A stretch of 64,000 bases of DNA from Podarcis cretensis (lineage: Eukaryota), in contig OX638154.1 of NCBI GenBank assembly GCA_951804945.1, positions 47,368,001 through 47,432,000 of the forward strand. The letters run 5' to 3'. This document shows positions 38,801-51,272 of this stretch, one piece after another. A program made the position numbers and the translations under genes. The notes below the pieces were generated by a model, which was not told the origin of the DNA, ran no database searches, and was given only the letters and a program-made list of their open reading frames with translations. Position 1 is the stretch's first letter, and each line of letters starts with the position of its first letter.

Positions 38801-41800
38801 CATCTTCACGTGTTGAAAACAAGCATCGCCTCACTGTAATTAATGATTCCTCAGCAGTTTCCACCAGGTATGTCTTTTGAAGAGCGTTGGTTGTGCTCCA
38901 GCAGCAGCTCTACAAACACATGCCGTGGAAACCACATCGGCATAGTTAATTTGTCCTCTGACATCTAATTGATACAAATATGATTGATCTAACCATTTTA
39001 TTTTTATTTTTAAAACTGTCCCTCATGCTGGCTGGTAGACACATTTCACTGGCACAAAAAAGGGAGAAAGATATGAAAGTTTTGTGCTTTCAAAGAATGA
39101 CCTTTCCTGATAATTAATTTGCTGTTCCCAACACCATCTGCTGTCTCGCAGCCACATCCATCATTGCTGTAAAAAAAATTAAAGCTCAATTAAAATGAAA
39201 ACTGGTGTCACAAATTTGTCAGGGGAAGGCACAAAGTTCTGAGCAGCAAAGCCATTTGACCCCTCCTGGAGGTTTACAGCTGGGCCCCCTTCACAGGATT
39301 TACAATAACCTATCATAAATACAAAGGGCTCTGGGGAGTGCCTTAACTACCAGCACATTTCTAGGGTGTGTTTTGATCAAAGATGACATTATTGACTGGG
39401 ATGATAACTGGGAACGTGTCATAAAACTTGGGCGAAATTCTATAGTTGAACGTGTTTGCATTGAGACGCTGTCAGCCAAAGCAGATGAGGAAAACTCTTT
39501 TAAGCAGCCCACGTCTCCAACCCCCTTGTATCTGGAAAGCAGAGAGAATGCTCGGAATCCATACACAGCAGGAGAAATGTTCCTTGAAATAAATAAAGAA
39601 AGAATCTGTTATTTATTTGTCATTTATTTTAGATACGTCTGCCCTACGCTTTGGTCGACAAGGCTTCCAGAGCACCTTACAAATGCAATCAAGGATAGAT
39701 GCAACCGATAATAAATAATTGAACCAAACAGATAATCATAATAAAAGCAGCAATTAGGGCCAACATCTAAAAGGTTTTTAAAACCCAGCATAAAATGCAG
39801 GCTACTTTGGAAGGCTAAGATGAATTCACCTGGCAAATAAATAAAATAAAATAAACCAGGCAAGTCTCTCTGGTAACCTCTTATGAACAGGGGAAATAAC
39901 CCAGCTGCTATTAATCAGAACTGAGATATATTTGGAAGCCTTTGTGTCCAGAGTTGTGGCTTCTCCAGCCAAACTCCATTGTGGTTGCTTCTTCCCATAA
40001 CAATGGGATAACACTGAGGGAGTCACCTTTGGAGGCAATGGGGGTCCTCTGTTGGTCACATCAGATTTTCCAGGCCATCTGCACTCAGACAGTTCCACTG
40101 TACAGTGTATCAAGAAATGGAAGTGGCTGACTGATTAGATAGATACATAGATAGATATAGATAGATAGTCTCAGAGGAAGTTTGCTACCTTCATACGTTG
40201 ATGCATTTTCCCACTCACCTCAGGGCTACACACACTCACTTAGACTAATGAAAGGAAGAAAGCTGAGATTACAGTTTCAAGTGTCTGGGCTTCAAAGAAT
40301 AGCCCCCCAGGGCAATAGTTCAATAACAGAATGAAATGCAGACTTGGAAGATCTACCCATTTGTAAGTAACTTTTACCATGTATGTACAAAGCATTAAAT
40401 AGAAAGGTTCATCATAAATCAGTGTCATGTATGTCTAGGCAAAGTAATCCATGAGGGGGAAAAATGAATTGCACACTCCAGATGATGATACATTGAATTA
40501 AAAATGTTTATTTGGCACAGCTTTGTGTAAGTAATGTGAGTTATCATTTCTGACAGTGGTAAAGATTTAACTTTCAGAATCTCAGTGTTTACATAATTAT
40601 GGAGTGACACCTTAATTTTCTGTAATACTTAAAAGATATGGGTAAGTGGTTAAAAAAAAATGCTTAAAAGCTGTAATTTTCCACAATTCATCCAAACTGA
40701 TAAACACTGAAAGACTTCCTTTACAAACAAACATGGATGTACTCTCTGTTGGTATGAAATTCTGCACAGCCTAATTATAGATATTAAGACTTAGCAGATT
40801 AAGTAACAGGAAATCAAGCCAGCTACTCTAGAACACAGAAAATGGTCGACAAGATTCACGGGCTTGAAGCCTGGCCCATGTTCTACAGCAAGGAAAGGAA
40901 ACCCCTTCTTTCAGCCCATGGCCACATTTATTCATGGACCACCTTCTGGGGGGTGGGGGCACATGTCCGTGGTGCTCAGGACCAGATACAAAACTGGGCA
41001 GAGCATGTGTGGCAAGCTACATTCCAGCCAAGCAAAAGTCACAGGTTTCGACACAGCCACCTCTGCAACCTCTATCCAGTCAAGCAAGAGGCATCATCAC
41101 ACATTTGAGCCAGACAACAGGCAAGGAGCACATTCAGTTGTGCTCTGGGGACAATGCTGAGGGCTAGATAGAGGGGCTTGAAGGACCACATTTGGCTTTC
41201 AAGTCTGAGATTCCCCACCCCTGTTACCCAAAGTAAACTTGGGTTTGTCAGCAAGTTGTCAGGGAGCTGCAGCCAAGCCTGGCATTCTGATGCGTATACC
41301 TCTGCATAAACTTGTATTTGCAAACATATTTGTTGCATTCACAGTGTACGTTTTTAAGATGTGCTCCAAAATATGTAATGTTGCATTAAGAGACGCTCAG
41401 CAAGAGCTTTGTCACTAAGATGAAAAGGCCATTCCTTGAATTCAAATGGCGTTGTGAGTGTTTACAATTATTTAGGATTGTGGATCAAACATTTTAACAA
41501 AATCACTGGGAAGGAGGCGAGGAAAGGGATGGGGATGAAAGCACAGCCCAGAATTCCCAGTGGCAGCAACCAAGGGAAGCAACGCTCCTTGGAAACTCAG
41601 GATTCTTACCTGGTATGTGCAACAAAACCATTTCTATGTTCCTACATTTCCAATCAATCCAATGTATTCAAGGGCCATGAATACTGACAAGGGCTGTTGA
41701 TGTCATTAGGAGCTGGTAATGGTTATATAAAGGCCAATGAGATCAGACCAGGGAGAAGAACAGGCAAGGGGAATCTGCAGAGCACTGTTCCACAGACAAG

Positions 41801-44800
41801 GAGGCAGCACATTCACTAGGTAAGCATTTCTGCCCATTCATTTCTATGCAATGTAAATCTTCCGTGGAGAGACAGTGGAGTTTAGGGATCTCAGATGTCT
41901 CCTTATATGGATATTTCATTCTGTTTTGTGGCCCAGAATGTTCACTCTGTAAGCCCAGGACAACTGAACAAGAATGGGCTTCTGGCTTCTTTCCCTGTGT
42001 GAATAATAATTGAAAAAACCATTTTCGATCTCTGTGCAATGTAAGCATACTTTAGAAAATTCTTGACAATGCACAGATCTTCTGTGGAGGCTCAAAGTAT
42101 GGGTGAATTTCACTCTAGTGATGTCAAGAAAGGCTACCATTGTGTCCACACCAATATTATTACAATGATTGGGACTCTGCAGTTAGAACATCCCATCACA
42201 TCTGCATCTTCTCAGTGTCACAGTCCACTTTGTGTACCTGATAAATTAAATCCTTACCTGTAAAAGCTGATGCCTTATTAAAACAGAGTCTCTGGCACAT
42301 ATGCATTGCTTTTCTATACACTTATCTCTTCTGAACTTTCATTGCTTGTAGTTATAGCCACCTCCATTGCCCAAATGGTCTTCTGAGCAGTTTATAAGAA
42401 TAAAAACCATTTTAAAGCAACTATCACATTGCAATGAGGACTGTGGTTAGTTTTGGACAGAAGGTCAAATCTAAATATGACTTTTTATTTTATCGTTTTT
42501 GGAAAGCTACTTGCATTCCCACATTTGGCCCCTTCTCCCCCATCCCTTACACCAAGTATGGGGAAGCTGTGACCCTCCAAATGTTGTTGCTGGATTCCAG
42601 CTCCCATTATCCCTGACCATTGGCCAAGCTGGTTGAGACTGATGGGAGTTGTAGTCCAGCAATACCCAGGGTGGGTCACAGAATCCCCATTATCATTCAC
42701 TGTTTCAGAGTTTCTATGTCCCATTCTAAGGAGCAGGCACTGCAGTAGAGAAGGGAAATAACAAGCTCCACATTATCATGTAATGCATCTTCTTTAATTA
42801 AAATCACCCAGGAGATCTGCAAGGCAATGTGAATTGGCAGCAGCCACACATTTGTGATGCTATGTCATTTAACCCCAACACTAAAGCTATATCCAGGCAT
42901 TTGCCTGAGCACGCAAAATGTTAAACCAGGGAAATGTTAAACTGCTGATGAGGGCAGGGGCATGCATGAACTTAAGTACCATCCCCAGTGTCCTCAGGCA
43001 CAAGCAGGTTGTGCTTCAGATCTTTGCATGATTAGCATGAAGGTATGAGAAACCTCCATAAGAGTGAGAATCCTGACTTACCACCGTTTCTGATCATGGG
43101 GAGAGTTTCTGCTGACTGAACATGGCTAAAAAATTATCATCAATGTGTGTGGCACTTCACAGAGCACAATAGCACAGGTCCCAGCTGCCCCAAGGAGCAT
43201 ACAATCTGAAATCCAACACGAGGGGAACAATAGGGGAAGGCAAGGCAATCATAAACAGAGAAGCAATGTGCAACTCTTTCAAGGTACAGAATTTGGAAAA
43301 AGAAGAAAACAGACTATCAAAAATTGCTTAAGAGTAGGAACAACGTTGGTCCAAAATAAATGTGATGTTTGACACATTGCTTGCCCTTGCATGGTTGATT
43401 TTTTTCCTCAACAAAAAGCTGAATTGGGGGACCTTGCCACTATGGGCAGAGACCTTTAACCCTTTGCCCCCACCAGTTTCCCACTTGGAATTGTTCACCC
43501 CCACACCTGCTATTTTCAATAGGAAGAAATCCCTCCTTGACACTGATGGGAGTTTTATTCCCATTGCAAAAGGCAGGCATGGGAAACAGTCTGATTTCAA
43601 CCCCAGGCCATGGTGTGGACAAAGGGTTAACACTCCCATGCCTCCCTGACCTGGTCCGAATTCAGCTCCCCCTCCCCAAGTTGCCTATTTGTTAAAGAAA
43701 AATGAACCTGGCAAATGTTATGTCTAGTTTGGCTCCCCAATTCTAATCTTTCTGGGTAGAGGAGAGGGGGAAAAGCAAATGTTTAAACAAAAGAGACAGT
43801 GTTGGCCTACAATTCCTTCTCTGCCTCCACATTAATTTCCCCCTTGTTTTGTACCAATGTGCACGATGACACCTGGAAAAAATGGTCAGAGAAAGGGAAT
43901 CAGGCCCCGAAGATGTCCAATTTTGAATCACACCTTTTCAAAATGTTACCAGTGCAGCTAATTTACAAACAGCAAACACACTATTCGCCTTGGGAGGCAC
44001 CGAGCTGCAGTGTTAATGTTTGAAAGACGTGCCCTGTTTGCAAAACAAGGAAGGGGCAATCCGTAGTCTCACCAATCAAACAACAGAAAAACTAGGGGCT
44101 CTTTCCCCGGTAGCAGAGAAACAGCAAGGCTAGTCAAGAGCAAGGGGGAAGCTAACTGGCTTTGAGGCTCTGCAGTGTTATGCTGAAATTACAAAGAAAG
44201 TAGCACGAAAGCACAATCATGCAAAGGTAACATTGTGCAAAGAAAGAGAGGCAGATTGTGTTATATAGATCTGGGCAGCACCCTTTCAAATCATAGCAAA
44301 CCACACTTCCCTCAACCTTATGGTGCAATTGGCTCGAAGCAGAATCCACAAATTTACTCTGGGGTTCTGGTCCCTAGCAACAATTTGCAGGCATGACAGC
44401 TGGTCAGGAAATAGAATATATGCTGCTGCTTCTTTTTTTACCTGATGAAAAATGTCGACCTTTTGTCTCTCTTCCTATTCAAGGAAGACATTTTATTTTA
44501 ATCTTTTAGAAACTGGACGTTTTCCGGTTTCTGATGTGCTGTGCACACTGTGTCCATTGAAATAATGCACAGCCAAATGTGCAGCAGAATGGAAACAAAG
44601 CTCATCATCACTGGGTTCAAAAATAGCCAAAATAATAGTTCTGAACTGTCAGGTTCTTGGGGGGGGGGGACTAAACACAGCAATTATTTAAAGAAATGGG
44701 TTTATTTAAGGGCACCATTTGAAATGAATGAAGGTTGCTCCAAATGTTCCAACGAAGGATGGAAGTGCTAATGTAAAAAGAAGATAACGGCAGCGGTTAA

Positions 44801-46301
44801 GTGGTTTGCAAATAAAGAGCACATGCAAAATAGTGATTTATTGCAATCTGTTGGTTCCCAGTAGCAATCGGAGGGGGTTGGAGGGGGGCACTAATTGGCA
44901 CAAACAGTGCATTACGAACTAAATATGCAAATGACTGCTTTTTCTCCCACTGAATATACAGATACAGGTGCAGGAGTTCCAGGATCGTGGCAACAGCTCT
45001 ACGAGAGAAGCAGGGACAATTACTAAAAGTATAACTTCCTCCCTGACATGCTCCCACTAGCCCAGTTTTTGTGTGACTTGATGAGGACTGGTTAGATTCT
45101 ACTATTAGAGCAACAAAAGCTCAGTCTTCCTTTGCACTTGGCTGCTCAGTGACAAATTAGACATTGCATGTCTAAGTGTGTAACAAACTCCTAGTGGCCC
45201 TTTCATATCCACCTACCTGCAGAGAATGCAGCTTTGTGAAGTAATGGTGTAGTGTTGGGGCCAGTGGGTGCTTACCCCTTTCCTTGTCAGCCACCTCTCC
45301 ACTCTACATTGACCTCCAAGCTGCTTTATCATCTGCAGGATTTCAAAAGGGTATTTGCCCCTGCAAATATGCATTGGGAGCCTTATGGTAGGATCACAAA
45401 AAAATCTGCTTTATATAGTCAGACCATTGATCCATCTAGATCAGTATTGTCCACATTGGAAACAGTTCTTCAATGTTTCAGAGAGTTGTGAGCAGGGCTG
45501 GGCAGCCCATAAGGTAGACTGAGGCAGCTGCCCTGGTGGCAGAATCTGCCCCACGGATGCCCCACCTGCCCCTGCTGCCGCTGGAGAAGTGAGGAGAGAA
45601 GGTGGCAGCTTCTGATGAGATCTCGTGAGATCTCGCGGAACTCTCATGAGAAATTGCCAGAAGCCACCACCATGCAATCCTGGTAAGAAAGGCTTTGATG
45701 GGGGAGGGGGGGAGTGCCTCAGGTGGTGAAATGGGATGGGCCTCCCCTGTAGTGAGGGATTTAATGTTGGATAGTTCCATGTAGGTAGCTTGCTATAACA
45801 GAAACTGACAGCAGGCTGAGATTTCTAAGCCTTTGACTCCAGACTGCTTCTCCTAGGCTCTGCCCCTATGTGGAGAACTTCAAGTTCTTAAAGGCTGAAC
45901 CCTCTGGCTTGAAGAAAGGTGCTTCTCTTCCATTCTATGCCCTCCTGACTGATGTGTGCCCTGCACTGCTGTACCAGTGAGGTAGTGTGGGAGGCATTTG
46001 GTTCCTCAGGCTCATGGGATGGTGCCCTTGAGGATTCTGGCTCTGGTTCTACAAGCCCTGGTGTAATGAAAGGTTCTTCTGGGGACTTCTAGTGGTCTCC
46101 TGATGTTGAGCAGTCTGTTTAGAGCCCTGCTCCTTGATCTAGCTCCTTAGCTGGTGCCTCTGCAGCCTCCAGTTCTGTGTCTGAATTGTTGCTGGATTCG
46201 GGGATCATAACACCTTGTGCATCTGTAGCCATGCAGTTGTTGTGACACAATTTCCTTTATTATTCTGCATTTGAACATGTGATCTGGACCAGTATCTATA
46301 T

Positions 46302-46435
46302 CAGGGATGGAAAACCTGTGGTCCTCTAGATATTGTTGGACACTCCCGATATCCCCAACTAATGACCATGCTGACTGGGGCAGATGAGAGTTAGAGGTCT
46401 GCAACATCTGAAGGGCCACAGCTTCCCTATCTCTG
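46302..46435. mobile_element. Short (~135 bp) hAT MITE; related copies at ~38200-38340, ~42555-42690, ~48490-48630 and ~48860-48970
   Basis: CAGGGATGGAAAACCTGTGG / CCACAGCTTCCCTATCTCTG termini; TSD ATCTATAT/ATCTAGAT. Confidence 0.7.
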
Positions 46436-47199
46436 ATCTAGATGGAACATGATCCAAGAATAGAAGTGAAACCCACCTCATCCATGTTAAAGGTGTAATT
46501 ACATCAGATACTTCTCAGGTTTGTGCTCTTGTGTGCAGTCAAAAATGTGCATTGTGCACAATGAGGTGCAACATTTCTTGCACTAGCTTTTCAACTTTTC
46601 ATGTGAGTACTGCAGCACATCCTGGGTGACCCTGTAGCACCTGAGCAGGTAGGTGTGAGATCAAGATTCCTGGGTGCAATGAAAATTTTGGATTTTTGAT
46701 GTACTAAATTAAAGTACTCCCCCAAAACTCCACAGAGGAATGTCATATAAATGGCACCATGCTCAGTTCTTTTTCATCTTCCATGCCTTAATACATCTGG
46801 GTAATAAATGCACCAGAAGAATTAGTTTTTAGGTGCTGTACAATATTGGTTTCAGATCCTGCACAATTTTATTGGTACATAAAGGCTTGGTTTAGAACTA
46901 AATCTGACCCAAGAGCAGTACTTGAATAATGCCAAAAGCACTTTTAAAAAAATTAATTAAGTCTCAGGATAAAAATGAGCAAAGCTTCTAAGTACTTGGA
47001 CCATGCTTCATTAAATTTGTTCAACAAAGAGCATTTAATAATTAAAAGGCTCTTGAATGTTTATATAAATCCTCCTTGTGATGTGGTATTGCTGTCCAGT
47101 CAAGTCGAAAACTGGTTTGCAGCAGCCCCTTAAAGTCAGGCTCCCATAGAGTGAGAGTGACAAACCATGTTCTTAGCTCTGTACAACCTATCAAGGTTT

Positions 47200-47700
47200 A
47201 TTAAGGAGCTCAGCGCACCAATGGGAATTGACCAGATGAGCTTATTAGGTCTCTTATAAGATTAGGGACTGTGACACAGCTGTCTGATTTTTTTCTTCCC
47301 CTCTGTGAGGCTTACGGAGGAAAAGAAAAAAAGGGGGGAATTATAATAATACTAATAGGGAAAGCAATATGTTTCTCTGCCAAAACCAGTAGAGCTTTCT
47401 CATCAGGGGACAAATGGTAAGGAGGAAAGATGCAAAACCCTCATGCACATTCCCGTACTTGAATGATTAGATTTCTGAAACACAGCTATAAATCTACAGC
47501 ATAGCTAGCAACATTGAACAGCAATTTAAAACTCCTGGAGATTCGGTTATAAATGCAGTAGGTTTTTTCCTTATAACAAGCCAGTGGTGTTGGTCAACTG
47601 TTATAAAAGCTTCCTGTCAATACCCCTGGGTCTTGGTGTAATCTGGTAGCTAGAGAAGAAAACACAACCAAGGTCTCCCCCAAGTCCTTGTTTCAGCTCA
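47200..47700 (+). promoter_or_regulatory. Possible MLN promoter / non-coding exon 1 region
   Basis: Non-repetitive; CCAAT at ~47218, CAGATG E-box at ~47233, TATAAA at ~47487 and TATAAAA at 47602-47608. The MLN ATG lies 1 nt after an acceptor, so an upstream exon is expected; its donor was not resolved. Confidence 0.25.
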
Positions 47701-49243
47701 GGACAATGCATCAGTTCACATGAAACACAATTTCATAATTCCATTGAAGTGCCAGCAAGCACAGGTCAGCTTTCTCAAATGGATCTTGAGATGCTGCCCA
47801 CAGGTGTTGGGAATAATGGCACCAAGATGCAGGAAGAGGTAACACAGGAGCACACAAGCCCCACGATCACAGAAGTGGAAATGGCTGTGTGTGAATCCAC
47901 TTGGCATGTGAGCAAAGAAGGTTGTCTGGGTTGTGTTCCAGAACTTTGCATCTTGAGTCATCCAGTTGCCATTTCCTGAGGAGCATGAATTTGAATGCTA
48001 CAAAAACAGTGCACTCCTGTGTGTGTGTATACTCAGAAGTAAGCCCCCGTTCAGTTTGATGTGGTTTATTATTGAGTGAGTATAGGATTGCAGCTTTAGG
48101 CTCTCAAACTATTAGAAGAAGTCCAGAGTCAATTCCCCTACCTATACAGTTGCTCTGATGACTTACTTTCTGGAATATGAATGGCCACTGAGAAAAGAGG
48201 TGGGTTTTTTATTAGGCAAAAGATGTAGTTCCAGATACACTTTACTGCATCACATTCCTGCTTCATTATCTCAATTCTAGCAAGCAAAGTCCTAAGCAAT
48301 ATAATAGCAGTTTCAGATGGTGTGCAGTTTCGCCTGTAAATTGCAGATTTATGAACGCTTTTCAGCTGACTTGCTGAATAACTAATAAATGCTTATTAAT
48401 CATCAGCCATCAGATCATATTTTGCTCTCCCTATATAGTGCTTTCCATGTTCTAAACAGGGAACCAGCTTTCTATTTCATCTTTTAGAGCAAGGGCAGGG
48501 GACCTGTAGCCCCGCCCCCCAGACATTTTTGAATTCCAGCTCCCATCAACCCTGCCCATTGGCAACACTGTCTGGGGTTGAAGGAATTTAGAGTTCCACA
48601 TGAAAAGAGGCACAGGTTCCCCATTCCTGCTGAAGAGTCCAGCTTACCAAACACTTCTTTGTTGTATTACGCTGTGTTACATGGCTATTCTGACTAACGT
48701 ATTTAACAGAGGAGGGGTGGTAATATTTTTAAGCACTTTCCATTTTGTTCTTATCGGGTGTTATATTTCAGCTTGCTGTGACCTGTCCCTAGATTATGTG
48801 TGATGAAGAGTGAGATAGAAATGCCATAAATAAAAACAAAATAATCTGGTGTTTGGCCCAATGTTGCCAAACTATAACTCTTACCAAACCTGGCCATTGG
48901 TCATGTTTGCTGGGGCTGGTGGAAGTTGTAGTAGAGTGGCATTGGGATGTTCAAAGGTTTCACATTCCTGGTATAGAGGACTGGAAAACCTATAGTGGGA
49001 CGCATGGACATCACTTTTGTGCAAGATTCTTTGCAGCTCTGGCTGGTTGAGCTGCCACAATCATGTCCAGCCGAACTCGCCAGAGAGTGCCGCTCAGCCT
49101 TAACTGTGACCATAATTTCTGGCATGTAGATTCTCATGGTGGAAAAGACCACCAAACCTGGATTGGAAAGTCACATGTGGTATCTGGCAAGTCTATGGCC
49201 AATCACATGTATTTTTATTTGTTTATTTTTGTCATGCTCTAGG

Positions 49244-49360
49244 ATGGTTCCAAGAAAGGTGGTGGTAACTCTTCTGTTCCTCTACATGGTAGCCATGCTG
49301 GCTAAACAGAGTGAAGGGTATCTTGCCTTCTACACTCCTGATGACTTCAGAAAAATGCAG
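49244..49360 (+). CDS. MLN: MLN first coding exon (signal peptide + motilin 1-14)
   Basis: Acceptor ctctag|G at 49242/49243, ATG at 49244, donor CAG|GTTGGT at 49361; 117 nt. Confidence 0.93.
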
Positions 49361-51234
49361 GTTGGTATCTGGAAAACAGTGTGCCAGTGTTCAGGAAATG
49401 CCACAATTCAATGTTAACATGCATGATTTGTATACAAAAGGTCCCAGGTTCAGTCTTGGGTATCTCCAGACAGGGCTGGAATAAAGTTCCTGTCTGAATC
49501 ATCAGAGAGCTACTGCCAGTCTACTGAGCTTCATATATTCCTATGACAGAATTAAAAAGAGTACTGGGAAGTCTTATATGCTCACCATTCTGCAACTGTT
49601 TCTCCACCTCCTGCTTGGCATGATCCATGGTGATGTCCACCACCAATGGAAGTTCTGGCCCAAGCCCACAGGAGTTCAATAAGCCCAGGAACAGACAGAA
49701 AAGTAAGGCAAGGTCAGGACCCTGAATAAGGGTGAAGCTGCTGGTTCAGAACCATGGACAGAAAATGCAAGCTGTCTCAGCAGTGTTTTAGAGCAGCTGG
49801 CAAAGTTCTACAATCTGACCAGCGTAGTCCATGAGTGCCAGATCTTGCCAGTTAAAACGCCAGTGCCTTTTGCTGCAGCTGTTGGCTTTTTCTAGGCAGT
49901 GGGGTTTCAAGCTGTGGGGACTGCTTTGGAGAAAGCTCATTGGGGCTCTCCTGATCATCAGAAGAGTCTGTGATCCAGTAATCAGAGTAATGTAGCAGTG
50001 ATATCTTCTCGGGGTTCAAGGAATGAGATGAGGACCCCAGTGCCATCGGACTTAAATTCAAAGGACCATGGAGTGGAGCAAGCTTCTCCTTGGAAATGAT
50101 GTTGTAGGAAGTCTTTGCATCTGAAGAATTTTGGTTCAGGGCAGTGACACTGCTCAAGCAGTGAGCTTTAGCCAGATTTTGTTGACAGAGATGCTGTGAC
50201 CAGTTGCTATTGCCTGTCACCATTGTTATATTCATTTGAAATGGCAACATAGCCAACTTGGTTCTCATACAGTGACCCACCCCAAAGTGCCATTCTTAAT
50301 ATCTCTTGTCGTTTGGCCCTAGGAGAAAGAGAGGAACCGAGCACAGAAGAAATCTCTGACTTTGCAGCAGCAATCAGACACAGGAGATTTTCCTGAGCTT
50401 TCAGAAGATGAAGGACAGATCATCAAGGTAAATTGTGCTCCAAATTATGTCAGCCATTACACTGATGACACCCAGCTCTATTTCTCTTTTGCACCTTAAT
50501 TATGAGAGGCCATGACTTTTTTAAAACAGTGCCTAGATGCAGTGGTGGGCTGGATGAGATTGAATCCTGGTAAGACAGAGACTATATGAGTGAGTCTGTG
50601 GACTACAACTGGGATTGGACCGGAAGCTACAGATGGTGCAGAATGCTGCAGCCAAGTTGCTGAATGAAGCACATAGATGTGCATATATGATACCTGTGCT
50701 GGGGGGGGGGGTCCAAACTTAGTTGAATACCATTCATGAACTTTTTGTCCTGGCTTTCCCTGACCCACAAGGTTATACTCTGTTTTATGTGATTCAGTTC
50801 CCTTGATTTTTGTGTTATTTGCTTTTCTGTGGTTTTAGGCTGCTACATTTTAATGATATTGCTTGTTTCTTGTATTGCATACCACTTAGAGATTTTAAAA
50901 GTATTAAGTGGCTTACAAATGCTTTCAAACAAACAAACAAGACAGGTACAGGCAGGTAGTTCTTCTAACATATGAGACAAAGCATCATACTGATTAGGAG
51001 GTTAAATACTGATGAAGAGGCAAGCTTATTTCAATTCTCATTGGGCAGAATCTCTGCTTTCATTGGTAAAAATTCACTGTTGTCCTCACTTCTCTGTAAC
51101 TTTTTATTATTCATTTGTATCATCCATCCATCCATCCATCCATCCAATGCCTTGCAAGATTCCAAGGGAATCTGTGGGACAATCAATTTCAACAAATGCT
51201 ATTATTACAACAAACTCTTATAAGAATTTTAAGG

Positions 51235-51272
<38 letters not shown>

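Noticed and set aside
49136-49243. N-terminal extension of the MLN ORF
   Set aside because: Lies in the intronic pyrimidine tract before the AG at 49241-49242; the signal peptide starts at 49244
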